A DNA stretch of 57,442 bases, the filler included, from Candidatus Woesearchaeota archaeon (GTDB lineage Archaea > Nanobdellota > Nanobdellia > Woesearchaeales > GCA-2685855), in NCBI GenBank assembly GCA_002685855.1. It is 4 parts of 4 records of this genome, joined end to end, with 100 filler letters (N's around TTAATTAATTAA, not from the genome) between each part and the next. Parts side by side here need not be neighbours in the genome. Positions count along the whole stretch, not along the records: positions 18,300 to 28,910 come from NYYS01000055.1; 3 more parts are not named here. The stretch is one strand, 5' to 3'. The notes below the pieces were generated by a model. That model was not told the origin of the DNA. It ran no database searches and saw only the letters and a list, made by a program, of their open reading frames with translations. A program made the position numbers and the translations under genes. Position 1 is the stretch's first letter, and every line of letters starts with the position of its first letter. Below are positions 18,961 through 29,010 of the stretch, piece after piece.

Positions 18961-19527
18961 ATGAAACGAGCCCAAGCAGCAATGGAGTTCCTTATGACCT
19001 ATGGCTGGGCTATATTAGTTGTATTAGCTGCAATAGGGGCATTAGCATATTTTGGTGTATTGAGCCCAGATAGTCTACTTCCGGAAAGATGTACGGGGCC
19101 TGCTGGTCTTGACTGTTTAGAAAGAGCATCCATCATTCCGGATGGGCTAAAATTAAATGGTGTTTTAGATGTCGAAAACATTTTAATCGTAGCGTCAAAA
19201 AATAACCTTGGCCAAGAGATTGAAATAACAGAAATTCCCGATCCAACTGGGAACGATCATTGTTCTGAATATGAAGGATACGGAATAGCATGGGATTTTG
19301 ATGGAGTAGATGGCATAGATCCAGAAGACCCAGATGATATGATCGTTCTTCATCCCGTACCAGAAGGACCTGCAACAATAAGTGACGGCGTTATCTTTTG
19401 GATTGTAACAGCTTGCAAAACTCCTTTTGAACCCGGACGCTTCAAACAAGACATCACGGTTATCTACAAATCAGAAAATGGTCTTGATAATAGAGCCGCA
19501 TATTCCATAGCAACAGCTGCTCCCTAG
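18961..19527 (+). CDS. Archaeal type IV pilin-like protein (class III signal peptide)
   Basis: MKRA/QAAMEFLMTYGWAILVVLAAIGALAYFGVL: basic leader, Q+1, E+5, hydrophobic helix. Confidence 0.9.
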   Translation: MKRAQAAMEFLMTYGWAILVVLAAIGALAYFGVLSPDSLLPERCTGPAGLDCLERASIIPDGLKLNGVLDVENILIVASKNNLGQEIEITEIPDPTGNDHCSEYEGYGIAWDFDGVDGIDPEDPDDMIVLHPVPEGPATISDGVIFWIVTACKTPFEPGRFKQDITVIYKSENGLDNRAAYSIATAAP

Positions 19528-19679
19528 CGAAATAACCCCTTAACCCTTCCAACCAACCCCTTCTCCGGCAACACACAATGAGCCACATTCTCCATCAACG
19601 TAGGATGACACTTCGGAATAGAAAATTCTACTAATGAACCATCCACAACCTTTAAAAACACCCAAACCTAAATCCTAGA

Positions 19680-20888
19680 ATGCCAACCTTCAAAGCCAGA
19701 GAAATTCTCGACTCAAGAGGAAACCCCACCTTAGAAGTAGAAGCCAAATACAAACAGCAAACAGCAAGAGAAGAGGTCCCCTCAGGCGCATCCACAGGAA
19801 TCCACGAAGCTTTAGAATTAAGAGACAAAACAGCAAGATACAACGGAAAAGGCGTCCAGAAAGCTGTCAACAACGTAAAAAAACTCAACAAACTCCTCCC
19901 AAGAACACTCAACCCAAGAATAATAGACAAAACACTCATCCAACACGACAACGAACAAAAATCACGCTACGGAGCAAACACCCTCCTAGGAATCAGCCTC
20001 GCAGCATGGAAACTCAAAGCAAACAAACAACCCCTCTGGAAACAGTTCGGAAAAAAACCCCTCCTACCCATCCCATTCATGAACATCATCAACGGAGGAA
20101 AACACGCCACAAACTCCCTAAGCATCCAGGAATTCATGATCGTCCCCAAAGCAAGAACATTCAAACAAACACTCCAAATCGGAGCAGAGGTCTACCACGA
20201 ACTCAAACAGGACATAAACAAAAAATACAAAGGACAAACAGCAGTCGGAGACGAAGGAGGATTCGCACCCAACCTCAACACAGAACAGGACGCTCTCGAC
20301 CTCATAGAAGCATCCATCCACGATCTAGGCTACACCAAACAAGTAAAAATAGCCCTCGACGCAGCAGCATCAGAATTCTACAAAAAAGGAAAATACATCC
20401 TCCACAAAAAAAAGAAAACCCCCCAGGAAATGATCGACTACTACCAAGCCCTAATCAAATCCTACCCAATAATCAGCCTAGAAGACCCCTTTGAACAGGA
20501 CCACTTCAAAGAATGGCAAGAACTCACCAAACACACAAAAATACAAATCGTAGGAGACGACCTCCTAGTAACCAACCCAAAACGAATACGCTTAGCCATC
20601 CAACACCACCTCTGTAACGCCCTCTTACTAAAAGTAAACCAGATCGGCACCGTTACAGAAGCAATAGAAGCACACACACTAGCAAAAAAAGCCGGCTGGA
20701 ACACCATGGTAAGCCACCGCTCAGGAGAAACCATAAGCACCTTCATCGCAGACCTCGCCGTGGGACTCCAAACCGGCCAACTCAAAGCAGGAGCACCCTG
20801 CAGAGGAGAACGCCTTGCAAAATACAACCAACTCCTCAGAATAGAAGAAAACACAAAAGCAAAGATGGCAGACTACCCCTCCCAATAA
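19680..20888 (+). CDS. eno: Enolase
   Basis: REILDSRGNPT, PSGASTG, GDEGG, LLLKVNQIG, SHRSGET. Confidence 0.97.
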   Translation: MPTFKAREILDSRGNPTLEVEAKYKQQTAREEVPSGASTGIHEALELRDKTARYNGKGVQKAVNNVKKLNKLLPRTLNPRIIDKTLIQHDNEQKSRYGANTLLGISLAAWKLKANKQPLWKQFGKKPLLPIPFMNIINGGKHATNSLSIQEFMIVPKARTFKQTLQIGAEVYHELKQDINKKYKGQTAVGDEGGFAPNLNTEQDALDLIEASIHDLGYTKQVKIALDAAASEFYKKGKYILHKKKKTPQEMIDYYQALIKSYPIISLEDPFEQDHFKEWQELTKHTKIQIVGDDLLVTNPKRIRLAIQHHLCNALLLKVNQIGTVTEAIEAHTLAKKAGWNTMVSHRSGETISTFIADLAVGLQTGQLKAGAPCRGERLAKYNQLLRIEENTKAKMADYPSQ

Positions 20889-20986
20889 ACAACCACCCCT
20901 CCTAACAGAATTATTCCAACTTCTTCGAAAATATTACGAAAAAAACTCCAATACACATATATCTACCCCCCCCACTTCATCAACGT

Positions 20987-21706
20987 ATGGAACTAACAAA
21001 AGAAGAATTAGATGCTTTCAATTCAATTAAAGAACTCGACATCTTTATGATGGAGAATCCAAACTCCCCCATTCCCCCCGAGCTCCTCTTAAGACAACCC
21101 TACAGACCAATTAATTTTAACCTAAAGTATGACTACAAAGAACCCCTCCCGGCCGAAATCGCCAAAACAATCTTTATCCCAACAAGTCCCACCTATCCCT
21201 GCGACCAATTTTTTATAGAAATCTACAACCAAAGAGAGATCCTTCGCCAAAAAGATTCCCCCTTATTCACAAGCCTCGCCCTAACCAAAACCTTCGACAC
21301 ACTTCTCCCAACAAAACCTCATTCGATAGACCCCTCACTCGCAAAATACTGCAAAGAAACACCCCACCTCACCATAAAAGAGGAAATACTAAACCTCTTT
21401 GCCCATTTTTGGGGCTATGAACAGCCAGCTCCTCCACTCAAAACAACAACCCCTCCCAATCCAACAAAAGAAAGAAAACCCTCTCTGAAAGAGTTCAAAA
21501 ATCACATAGAAGAACACTACCTATCACAACTCAACACTACCTCCTTTGAATACGAATGCTGCCAAAGAGGCTCCCCCTCACCAAACAACCCAAGAGCAAC
21601 CCTCGATACAAGAATAGCAGACCTTCAACCCGGAATCATACAAGAAAGCACCCTTAACCTCCCAGAGGGATCAAGGGCATATAGACGCCTTGTATTCAGA
21701 ATGTAA
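20987..21706 (+). CDS. Hypothetical protein
   Basis: 239-aa ORF with TATA-like element upstream; no recognised motif. Confidence 0.6.
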   Translation: MELTKEELDAFNSIKELDIFMMENPNSPIPPELLLRQPYRPINFNLKYDYKEPLPAEIAKTIFIPTSPTYPCDQFFIEIYNQREILRQKDSPLFTSLALTKTFDTLLPTKPHSIDPSLAKYCKETPHLTIKEEILNLFAHFWGYEQPAPPLKTTTPPNPTKERKPSLKEFKNHIEEHYLSQLNTTSFEYECCQRGSPSPNNPRATLDTRIADLQPGIIQESTLNLPEGSRAYRRLVFRM

Positions 21707-21789
21707 TTCCAAAAGTAATATTAAAAAACCATTCTATCTGTTAGCAAAATCAGAAAAAAATTTAAATATGTTAATCAATTAACTTTTTT

Positions 21790-22701
21790 ATGACTTTTTC
21801 AGACTTGGAAAAAACCCTTGATAAAATAATACACTTTCAAACAAGATTTATCAGAGGAAGAACATACCGCTGCTACGTCTTTACAGATACCCCTTCCCCC
21901 AACTTTGACACAGATCAGGTAGTCCAGCATCTATCTGAATTTTACGGACCGAATTTCCAATTTGTGAATTCAGGAAACATCTTTGAACAAATGATCCAAA
22001 GAGAAGGAGAACAATTCAAAAAAACTATATTGGAAACAATCAGCAATGGAACGAATAATTTTTCTGAGTTTGCTATAAGGGAACCTTCAACATATACTGT
22101 TTACGAAGGATTGCATTTTAACAGAGGAATACAATCTCTAATAGGCAAAATTAGAAAACAAGGAAACTCCCTCTTTACAGACATTGAACCAGGTGAACGC
22201 CGAGAATATCTTCTAATAACAGGAAGGTGCCTCCAAACAGTAGACACGGATAGAAGAATGCATTCACGAAGCTCTGTAAATAATTTTGTATCGACCTCAG
22301 GAATGTCCTACGGGCCACGATGGAAGCATCCGAACGACCCTTCAATAACAGAATTTGGTAAGATAATCTGCGCGCACGCTTTCCTCACCACACTCCATTT
22401 TATCCCCCGACATAAACCAAAATGTCTTACGACAGGAAGACCTTTTCCAGTAGAAGAAGCAAAAATGAACCTTCCTCATCCAGATCATCTCCGGGAAGTT
22501 TATAAAATTGGAGAATCTAAAGAAGTCTCCTATGCATCTCTATTAGAAAAGCCTGTCCCAGGATATTTTGAGCGCACAGGAGAAAGAAGATGTATCTTCT
22601 ATGATGCACACAGCAGCGAAGCAGTTGAATTTCATAACCTTTCAGGAAAACTATGCAGATACCATACTAAAGTTATGGACGTTCTTCGAGATCAAACATA
22701 A
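21790..22701 (+). CDS. Hypothetical protein, possibly divergent DUF6775 putative metallopeptidase
   Basis: VYEG, ITGRCLQTVDTDRRMHSR, VSTSG, DPSITE, CIFYDAH..LCRYH resemble my recollection of DUF6775; not verified. Confidence 0.55.
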   Translation: MTFSDLEKTLDKIIHFQTRFIRGRTYRCYVFTDTPSPNFDTDQVVQHLSEFYGPNFQFVNSGNIFEQMIQREGEQFKKTILETISNGTNNFSEFAIREPSTYTVYEGLHFNRGIQSLIGKIRKQGNSLFTDIEPGERREYLLITGRCLQTVDTDRRMHSRSSVNNFVSTSGMSYGPRWKHPNDPSITEFGKIICAHAFLTTLHFIPRHKPKCLTTGRPFPVEEAKMNLPHPDHLREVYKIGESKEVSYASLLEKPVPGYFERTGERRCIFYDAHSSEAVEFHNLSGKLCRYHTKVMDVLRDQT

Positions 22702-22857
22702 AAAAGAAATTTAATCTAAGAAAGGGCAAAACCTATCTATTTACTAGCATATACTCACCTCTACATAATCGATCTTAACCCTCATACCGCCCAATATTCT
22801 CCAACACCCCCTTCAACCTTCCGAAAACCATATAAAAACAACACAATAGTAGAGCAT

Positions 22858-24336
22858 ATGCACACAACACTCCTTATAATCATCGACGGATTCGGCATCA
22901 GAAAAGAAAAAAAAGGCAACGCCATAAAAAACGCCCACACCCCCAATCTCGACTATGCTTTCAAGCATAATCCCTACACAGAACTCTACGCCTACGGAAA
23001 ACACGTCGGACTCCCAAAAGGATTCCAAGGCAGCTCAGAAGTCGGCCACCTCAACATCGGAGCCGGAAGAATCGTCCCACAAGAAGAAGTACGCATCGAT
23101 ACAGCCATAAAAAACAAAACATTCTACAAAAATCGAACGCTTCTCAACGCAATCAATAATGCAAAAAAACACAACACCAGAATCCACATCATGGGCCTCC
23201 TCCAGGACCAGGGAGTCCACGCCCATCAAAATCATCTGTTCGCACTCCTCAAACTCTGCAAAAAAGAAAAAATAACCCCCCTCCTCCACATCTTCACAGA
23301 CGGAAGAGACACCCCACCCATCTCTGCAAGAACCTACCTCAACCAACTCCACAAAACCAAACTCCCCTTTGATATAGCCACCATAACAGGAAGATACTAT
23401 GCAATGGACCGCGACAACCGCTGGAACAGAACAAAAAAAGCCTACAACGCCATCACAAAAGCAAAAGGAACACCCGCAAAAAGCTGGAAACAGGCACTCA
23501 TACAAGCCTACACAAAACATGAAACAGACGAATTCATCACCCCAAAAATCCTCAACAACTACACAGGCACCCAAAAAAACGACCTCATAATAACGTTCAA
23601 CTACCGATCAGACCGAGCAAGACAGATCACAAAAGCACTCCTCAACCAAGCCCCCTTCAAAACCCCCCACAAAAAGATCAACTACCTCGGCATGGTAGAA
23701 TACTACAAAGCCATGCCCTCCCCCTACATATTCGACAAACCCCACCCCAAAAACAACTACGGAGAATACCTCGCAAAAAAAGGAAAAAAACAACTCCGCA
23801 TAGCCGAAACCGAAAAATACGCCCACGTCACCTACTTCTTCTCAGGAGAACGAGAAAAACCCTTCAAAAAAGAAAAACGCATCCTCATCCCCAGCCCAAA
23901 AGTAGCCACCTACGACACAAAACCCGAAATGTCGGCAAAAAAAATCACCCAGGCAGCCCTCAAAAACATAAACAAACACAACACCATCATCATCAACTAT
24001 GCCAACTGCGACATGGTCGGCCACACCGGCAACTACCCCGCAACCCTCAAAGCAGTACAAACCGTAGACACCTGCATCGGAAAACTCATCAAAGCCAACA
24101 AACAATCAACAACCATTATCACCGCAGATCATGGAAACGCAGAAACCATGAAAACAAAGGACAACAAAACCGTCACCAGCCACACCGCCACAAAAGTACC
24201 TTTCTGCATCATCACCAACAAAAAAATCAGACTCAAACCCCAAGGAAAACTCGGAGATATCATCCCAACCCTTCTCGCCCTTCAAAAACTCAAAAAACCC
24301 AAAGAGATGACAGGAAAAAACCTCCTTCTCACCTAA
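22858..24336 (+). CDS. gpmI: 2,3-bisphosphoglycerate-independent phosphoglycerate mutase (bacterial type)
   Basis: IIDGFG, SEVGHLNIGAGR, GRYYAMDRD, AETEKYAHVTYF, DMVGHTG, TADHGN. Confidence 0.95.
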   Translation: MHTTLLIIIDGFGIRKEKKGNAIKNAHTPNLDYAFKHNPYTELYAYGKHVGLPKGFQGSSEVGHLNIGAGRIVPQEEVRIDTAIKNKTFYKNRTLLNAINNAKKHNTRIHIMGLLQDQGVHAHQNHLFALLKLCKKEKITPLLHIFTDGRDTPPISARTYLNQLHKTKLPFDIATITGRYYAMDRDNRWNRTKKAYNAITKAKGTPAKSWKQALIQAYTKHETDEFITPKILNNYTGTQKNDLIITFNYRSDRARQITKALLNQAPFKTPHKKINYLGMVEYYKAMPSPYIFDKPHPKNNYGEYLAKKGKKQLRIAETEKYAHVTYFFSGEREKPFKKEKRILIPSPKVATYDTKPEMSAKKITQAALKNINKHNTIIINYANCDMVGHTGNYPATLKAVQTVDTCIGKLIKANKQSTTIITADHGNAETMKTKDNKTVTSHTATKVPFCIITNKKIRLKPQGKLGDIIPTLLALQKLKKPKEMTGKNLLLT

Positions 24337-24486
24337 TCTCTCAATATTCTTTCCCTTGAGTCTTTTTTTGACGACATAAACAAAAAAATATATAAAGGAG
24401 AAGATAGGAAAAGAAGGAAAAGGTTAGTGGGAGGAACCTAGAAGAAATATGGTTGCCATCAATCATAGATTCAACTAGACAATAGT

Positions 24487-25436
24487 ATGCAAAAAAGAGG
24501 TAACAGAGTCAGAACTATTCAGAATACCTTACTTATTCTAACAGTCTTCTCACACTAGCTCTCTTCTTAGGCGAACCCACCCTTACAGGACTTGTCATAC
24601 AGGATTCTACCCTTATCTATGAAGATTCACGTTTAATGTTGTTCCGCGAGCCTGGAGAGTACCTCCTCCCACAAATCGAAGCTAACAGCCTCGAAATTTC
24701 TGGTACTCTTCAGGGCAGTGGATCAGCAAAGGTCTATCTTCAACAACGAGGAAAAGACATCCTCGTCTACCAAGGGAGCGTAGGCAGCCAGGAAACAGTA
24801 GACCGCCTTCCAGAAGAAGTTCTCCCACAAACCGCAACAGACTTCTACACTAACACAACAAACACCTCAATCATCCTGGTTCTAGCATACGACACCCAGG
24901 ACGGATTCGATCCAGACAATGACGGAGTAGAAACAAAACAGGGAATTATCGACCTCACAGTAAAAAACAGCCAGCTCTCTCCCAACCTCAACCATGAGAA
25001 TCTTTGTATCATCTGGGAAGTCGACAACGAAAAAGTAGAATGTAATGGAAATACTGAGTGTTGCGCCCTTTCCGGCCTCACCCCCCGATTGGAATCCTGG
25101 AACCAACCCTTCTATGCCTACTACGAAGAAAATAAACCTGACAAACGCATAATTACTGCCCAGATCAACTATCTTGATCTGGGAACACCCGAACAACCAC
25201 TCTTCGAAAGCGTTGTATCAGGAAAAGCCAGCCACACAATAGAATTCGTAGATAACCCTGGAAAAGTGTCCTTTGAAGACATCTGCCAGGAAAGTTGCTC
25301 CTTTGAAACAACAGAAGCCTCCACCCTCAAAATAAAGCTCTACGGAGACACCACTCTTGAAATAGAGCTCTCACAACAACCCTTTATAAAGAACGAAAAG
25401 AAAAACCTTTTTAAACACTCCCCTCTTCCTCACCCT
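24487..25436 (+). pseudogene. Secreted/surface protein gene with a 1-nt frameshift near 24547 and no stop before rps17e
   Basis: MQKRGNRVRTIQNTLLILTVF (frame 1) continues as LTLALFLGEPTLTGLVIQ (frame 3) into ORF 24636, which reads through in frame into S17e. Confidence 0.6.
25408..25415 (+). promoter_or_regulatory. TATA box for rps17e-alba
   Basis: TTTTTAAA preceded by A-rich BRE-like run, 22-29 nt upstream of ATG 25437. Confidence 0.65.
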
Positions 25437-25625
25437 ATGGGGAGAATAAAAACACAACTCATCAAACGAACAACAAACGAACTCTTAGCTAAACATAGAG
25501 ATAAATTCTCCACCGACTTTTCTGAAAACAAGGCAAAAGTACAAGAGCTCACAGACATGCAAAGCAAGAAACTCAGAAACACGGTTGCCGGCTATGTAAC
25601 CCGGCAAATGAAAGTAGAGAGGTGA
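25437..25625 (+). CDS. rps17e: 30S ribosomal protein S17e
   Basis: MGRIKTQLIKR..FSTDFSENK..SKKLRNTVAGYVT. Confidence 0.95.
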   Translation: MGRIKTQLIKRTTNELLAKHRDKFSTDFSENKAKVQELTDMQSKKLRNTVAGYVTRQMKVER

Positions 25626-25630
25626 ATGCC

Positions 25631-25912
25631 ATGACCGAAGACAACATTGTCTTTGTAGGAAACAAGCCCTTTATGAACTATGTAACAAGCGTAGTAATGC
25701 AGTTCACAACAAAAAGCGCACCAGAAGTTATAGTAAAAGCACGAGGAAAATTTATCAGCAGAGCAGTAGACATCGCAGAAGTCGCAGTAAAACGCTTTCT
25801 CAAAGACCAAATAAAGGTAAAAAACATAGCAATAGACTCAGAAGGCTTCCAGAACAAAGAAGGAAAAGACGTCCGTGTCAGCATACTCGAGATAACCCTT
25901 CAGAAGATCTAA
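25631..25912 (+). CDS. albA: DNA/RNA-binding protein Alba
   Basis: VFVGNKPFMNYV, IVKARGKFISRAVDIAE, VSILEITL; SD GAGGTGA. Confidence 0.95.
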   Translation: MTEDNIVFVGNKPFMNYVTSVVMQFTTKSAPEVIVKARGKFISRAVDIAEVAVKRFLKDQIKVKNIAIDSEGFQNKEGKDVRVSILEITLQKI

Positions 25913-26894
25913 CTTTTCGCTCACTTCTATATTTAGCTTCCTCAACACTACGTAGATATCTGACTGAACTCTTAAAAAAATTCCTCGTATAAATATGCAC
26001 GCCAGAACAACACCGCTCATACACCTGATACAACCTTGTCTGAAAATCAGCAAACGAATCACAACCCTCACCAACAGGATTAGTCCGAAGATACCCTGCA
26101 ACATCATCCGGCGCCTTAAAACCACACACAGGACTTAGTTTTTCGATCTTCTTCGCACTCGAAACAGGAATCAACGAAGGAATCATTGTAACAGGAAACA
26201 TCCCATTCCGATTCCTCAACCGATTCACCTTCAAAAAAAGATCCCCAAAATTATTCGGATACAATGTAAACTGCGACACAAAATGATCCGCACCCATAAA
26301 CTTATGAAAAGAATACCTAAAATCATCATTCCTAGAAACCGCCTCAGGATGTCCATCAGGATGCGCAGCCCCTGCAACAACAAACCGAGAATCATACCCA
26401 TGAACAAACTCAATAAGATCAGAAGCGTGCTGAAAACCTTCCTCAGGAATATACAACCGAGACTCACCCTCACTCTTATCTCCCCGAATCACAAGCAGAT
26501 GAGAAATACCCTCTGATAACAACGAATCAAGATACTCAGCAATCTCCTCACGACCTTTATACTTACACGTCACATGAACAACAGGAGTAAATCCCTTCTC
26601 CTGAAGACCAACCGCAGTATTCAACGTACCCTCCTCCCCCTTCCCCAACGCACCACAGGTCACAAATACATACGGAATAGGCAAATCAGTCAAAGAAAGC
26701 ACACGATCATTCAAGGCAGAAACCCCCTCCAAAATATCATCCAACCCTGTCTTATACTCATCACAAGGCGGACACACCTCTAAAGAAATCTGAAATCCCT
26801 TAGCATACTGCTCAACAAAACTACTCCGCGCAGAAGGAAGACCTCCATTCCTTCTCACAGGAATACTAAATTCGTAACGACCTGAATCATCCAT
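25878..26894 (-). CDS. metF: Methylenetetrahydrofolate reductase family protein (divergent)
   Basis: SLEVCPP, VTCGA, HVTC, LLVIRGD, AHPDGHPEA, GADHFVSQF, GVHIYTRN. Confidence 0.8.
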   Translation of the reverse strand: MDDSGRYEFSIPVRRNGGLPSARSSFVEQYAKGFQISLEVCPPCDEYKTGLDDILEGVSALNDRVLSLTDLPIPYVFVTCGALGKGEEGTLNTAVGLQEKGFTPVVHVTCKYKGREEIAEYLDSLLSEGISHLLVIRGDKSEGESRLYIPEEGFQHASDLIEFVHGYDSRFVVAGAAHPDGHPEAVSRNDDFRYSFHKFMGADHFVSQFTLYPNNFGDLFLKVNRLRNRNGMFPVTMIPSLIPVSSAKKIEKLSPVCGFKAPDDVAGYLRTNPVGEGCDSFADFQTRLYQVYERCCSGVHIYTRNFFKSSVRYLRSVEEAKYRSERKVRSSEGLSRVC

Positions 26895-26961
26895 CCAGCT
26901 ATCGAATCCAACATCTTTATAATATTTTCTGAAAAAAATATTCTAATAAGAATAAAGAAGA

Positions 26962-27048
26962 TAGCCCCGCACGGATTCGAACCGTGGTCGCCAGGTCCAG
27001 AGCCTGACATGACTGGCCTCAAAGATTTGGCCACTACACTACGGGGCT
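26962..27048 (-). tRNA. tRNA-Gln(CTG) with 14-nt intron at 21/22 (27026-27013)
   Basis: AGCCCCGTAGTGTAGTGGCCAA[ATCTTTGAGGCCAG]TCATGTCAGGCTCTGGACCTGGCGACCACGGTTCGAATCCGTGCGGGGCTA; A1:U72 pair; GGCC/GGCC central helix. Confidence 0.93.
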
Positions 27049-27127
27049 GTATTGTTCGAGAAGAAAGAATCCCTTTAAAAAGTTTTATCCCATAACATTT
27101 AAAAGCATGAAGAACCGCCCAATATCC

Positions 27128-27925
27128 ATGGAACGAATAACCCTCGCCAAACATATAGCTAAAGAAGTAGGAACAGAACTTCTCTCCAACTACTGGAGAA
27201 AACAAAAAGGAAACACAACAGGAAAAAAAGGCATCTCACACGGCTGGGTTACCCAGGGAGACCTCAAATCAGACGCAATGATCGTAAAGGCCATAAAACA
27301 GGCCTTTCCCAGAGACGGCATCATCTCAGAAGAATCAGACTCCACAAAAACCGAATCAGGCATCATCTGGATCATCGACCCTATTGACGGAACAACAAAC
27401 TTCTCAAGAGGCGGATACAACTGGAGCATCGCCATCGCCTACATCACCAAAGATGACGTACAAGGATGCGTCATCTACGCCCCCGCCCTCAACCTCTTCT
27501 ACTATGCAGAAAAAGGAAAAGGCGCATACGAAGAATCCATGCATGGAACAACCAAACTCGATGTATCAACAAAAGACACAATTGAAAACGCAATCGCACA
27601 CTTTAACGCAGGATTTGAAGACAAACCCAACCACGAAATCCTCAAAAATAACATGGACAAACTCTGGCAATTCCGCTACCGCATGGAAGAATCAGCACAA
27701 CTCGAATTCGCAAAGATCGCAGCAGGAGTCTCAGACTACTATCTAAGCCACGCCGAGCTCCCCTGGGACCACGCAGCAGGAGCCCTTCTCATCCAGGAAG
27801 CAGGAGGAAAAGTCACAACCTGGGGAAAAGACATCTACATCCCAACAGAAAACGGAATCCTCGCAACCAACAAACACCTTCACCAAAAAATCATCAAAAC
27901 ACTCGGAGACCTCTATGCTCGTTAA
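27128..27925 (+). CDS. Inositol monophosphatase family protein
   Basis: SEE, WIIDPIDGTTNF, PWDHAAG..EAGG; start placed by TATA TTTAAA at ~27098. Confidence 0.9.
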   Translation: MERITLAKHIAKEVGTELLSNYWRKQKGNTTGKKGISHGWVTQGDLKSDAMIVKAIKQAFPRDGIISEESDSTKTESGIIWIIDPIDGTTNFSRGGYNWSIAIAYITKDDVQGCVIYAPALNLFYYAEKGKGAYEESMHGTTKLDVSTKDTIENAIAHFNAGFEDKPNHEILKNNMDKLWQFRYRMEESAQLEFAKIAAGVSDYYLSHAELPWDHAAGALLIQEAGGKVTTWGKDIYIPTENGILATNKHLHQKIIKTLGDLYAR

Positions 27926-28703
27926 TTACAGACTCATCTCAAAACAAAACCTAAAACAAGGAGAACTCAAAGCCCAACCAGGTAATGGAACAGCAAACAC
28001 TGCCCAACTCCCAACATTCAAACAAACACAACTTCTCATCAAAGAAAAAATCCATCAAAAAGAGATAGAACAACGTGACATCAAATACCGCTTTACCGCC
28101 TATGACGAGTCAACAAAAACAATAACACTCGGACTCACCTGGTACCAAAAAGTAGATGAAGACATCAAACAAACCGTCTTCAACCCCGACGCAATGAAAG
28201 AACGCGTAGAACAAGGAATAAAACAGTTCAAAAACTCCTCAGCTCTCATCTCCAACAGCCTCGGCATCCACGCACTCCTTGAAACCAACGACGGCTTCAT
28301 CATACTCACAAAAAAAGCCCTCCACGGAAACATCGCAGCCATCGGCGGCTATGTAGACTGCCCAGAAAACATCCTCGAAACAGACACCCTCGAAATAGAC
28401 CCCTTCCAAGACCTCGTAAGAGAACTCGCAGAACCCGAAGAAGGCCTTCTCCTCCAACCCGAAGACTATACTCCAGAACTCATAGGCATAGCAGAACAAG
28501 AATACCACCTCGGAACAAACATCCTCTTCCATGTAAAAGTAAACAAACCCTCAACAGCCTTCCAAAACAAAACAGCAAAAGAACACTTGGAAATATACCT
28601 CATCAAACCAGACGAAGTAGCAGAATTCCTCAAAAAAACAAACACCCAACTCTGGTACCACACGGCTGCACTCCTTGACATCCTTGACATAACAAGATTC
28701 TAG
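27915..28703 (+). CDS. Hypothetical protein with degenerate Nudix-like fold
   Basis: LGIHALLETNDG, GGYVD..LVRELAE; overlaps IMPase stop. Confidence 0.6.
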   Translation: MLVNYRLISKQNLKQGELKAQPGNGTANTAQLPTFKQTQLLIKEKIHQKEIEQRDIKYRFTAYDESTKTITLGLTWYQKVDEDIKQTVFNPDAMKERVEQGIKQFKNSSALISNSLGIHALLETNDGFIILTKKALHGNIAAIGGYVDCPENILETDTLEIDPFQDLVRELAEPEEGLLLQPEDYTPELIGIAEQEYHLGTNILFHVKVNKPSTAFQNKTAKEHLEIYLIKPDEVAEFLKKTNTQLWYHTAALLDILDITRF

Positions 28704-28749
28704 CCTGAATAACTCTTCTCCTCCTTCCATCCCTTCTTTTCTTTCAATA

Positions 28750-28910
28750 CTTTCTCGTAGAGAAAGTTAGGAATGACTTAATGAGTATAGTTAGCCATAG
28801 GCTAACTTAGAAACTTTAGTTTCTATACTGAAAATAAAGAGTACTACGTCCTTTAGGGCGTAGGGTTTGAGTTCTTGGTTGTTGTAGAAAAGTTTTTCAG
28901 GGGCAGAGCC
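28750..28910. repeat. Structured non-coding repeat, copy 1 (runs into gap)
   Basis: Near-identical to 45903-46096; several hairpins with compensatory changes. Confidence 0.85.
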
Positions 28911-29010
28911 NNNNNNNNNNNNNNNNNNNNNNNNNNNNNNNNNNNNNNNNNNNNTTAATTAATTAANNNNNNNNNNNNNNNNNNNNNNNNNNNNNNNNNN
29001 NNNNNNNNNN
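28911..29010. other. Assembly spacer with artificial linker
   Basis: N-run containing TTAATTAATTAA (28955-28966). Confidence 0.97.

Noticed and set aside
20006..24105. Many long alternative-frame and antisense ORFs
   Set aside because: Explained by extreme A/C skew depleting stop codons; no recognisable motifs
24636..25625. Genuine surface protein-S17e fusion
   Set aside because: S17e has its own TATA box and canonical start; the upstream gene is also frameshifted
26855..27205. 116-aa ORF on - strand
   Set aside because: Runs through tRNA-Gln and its promoter; spurious
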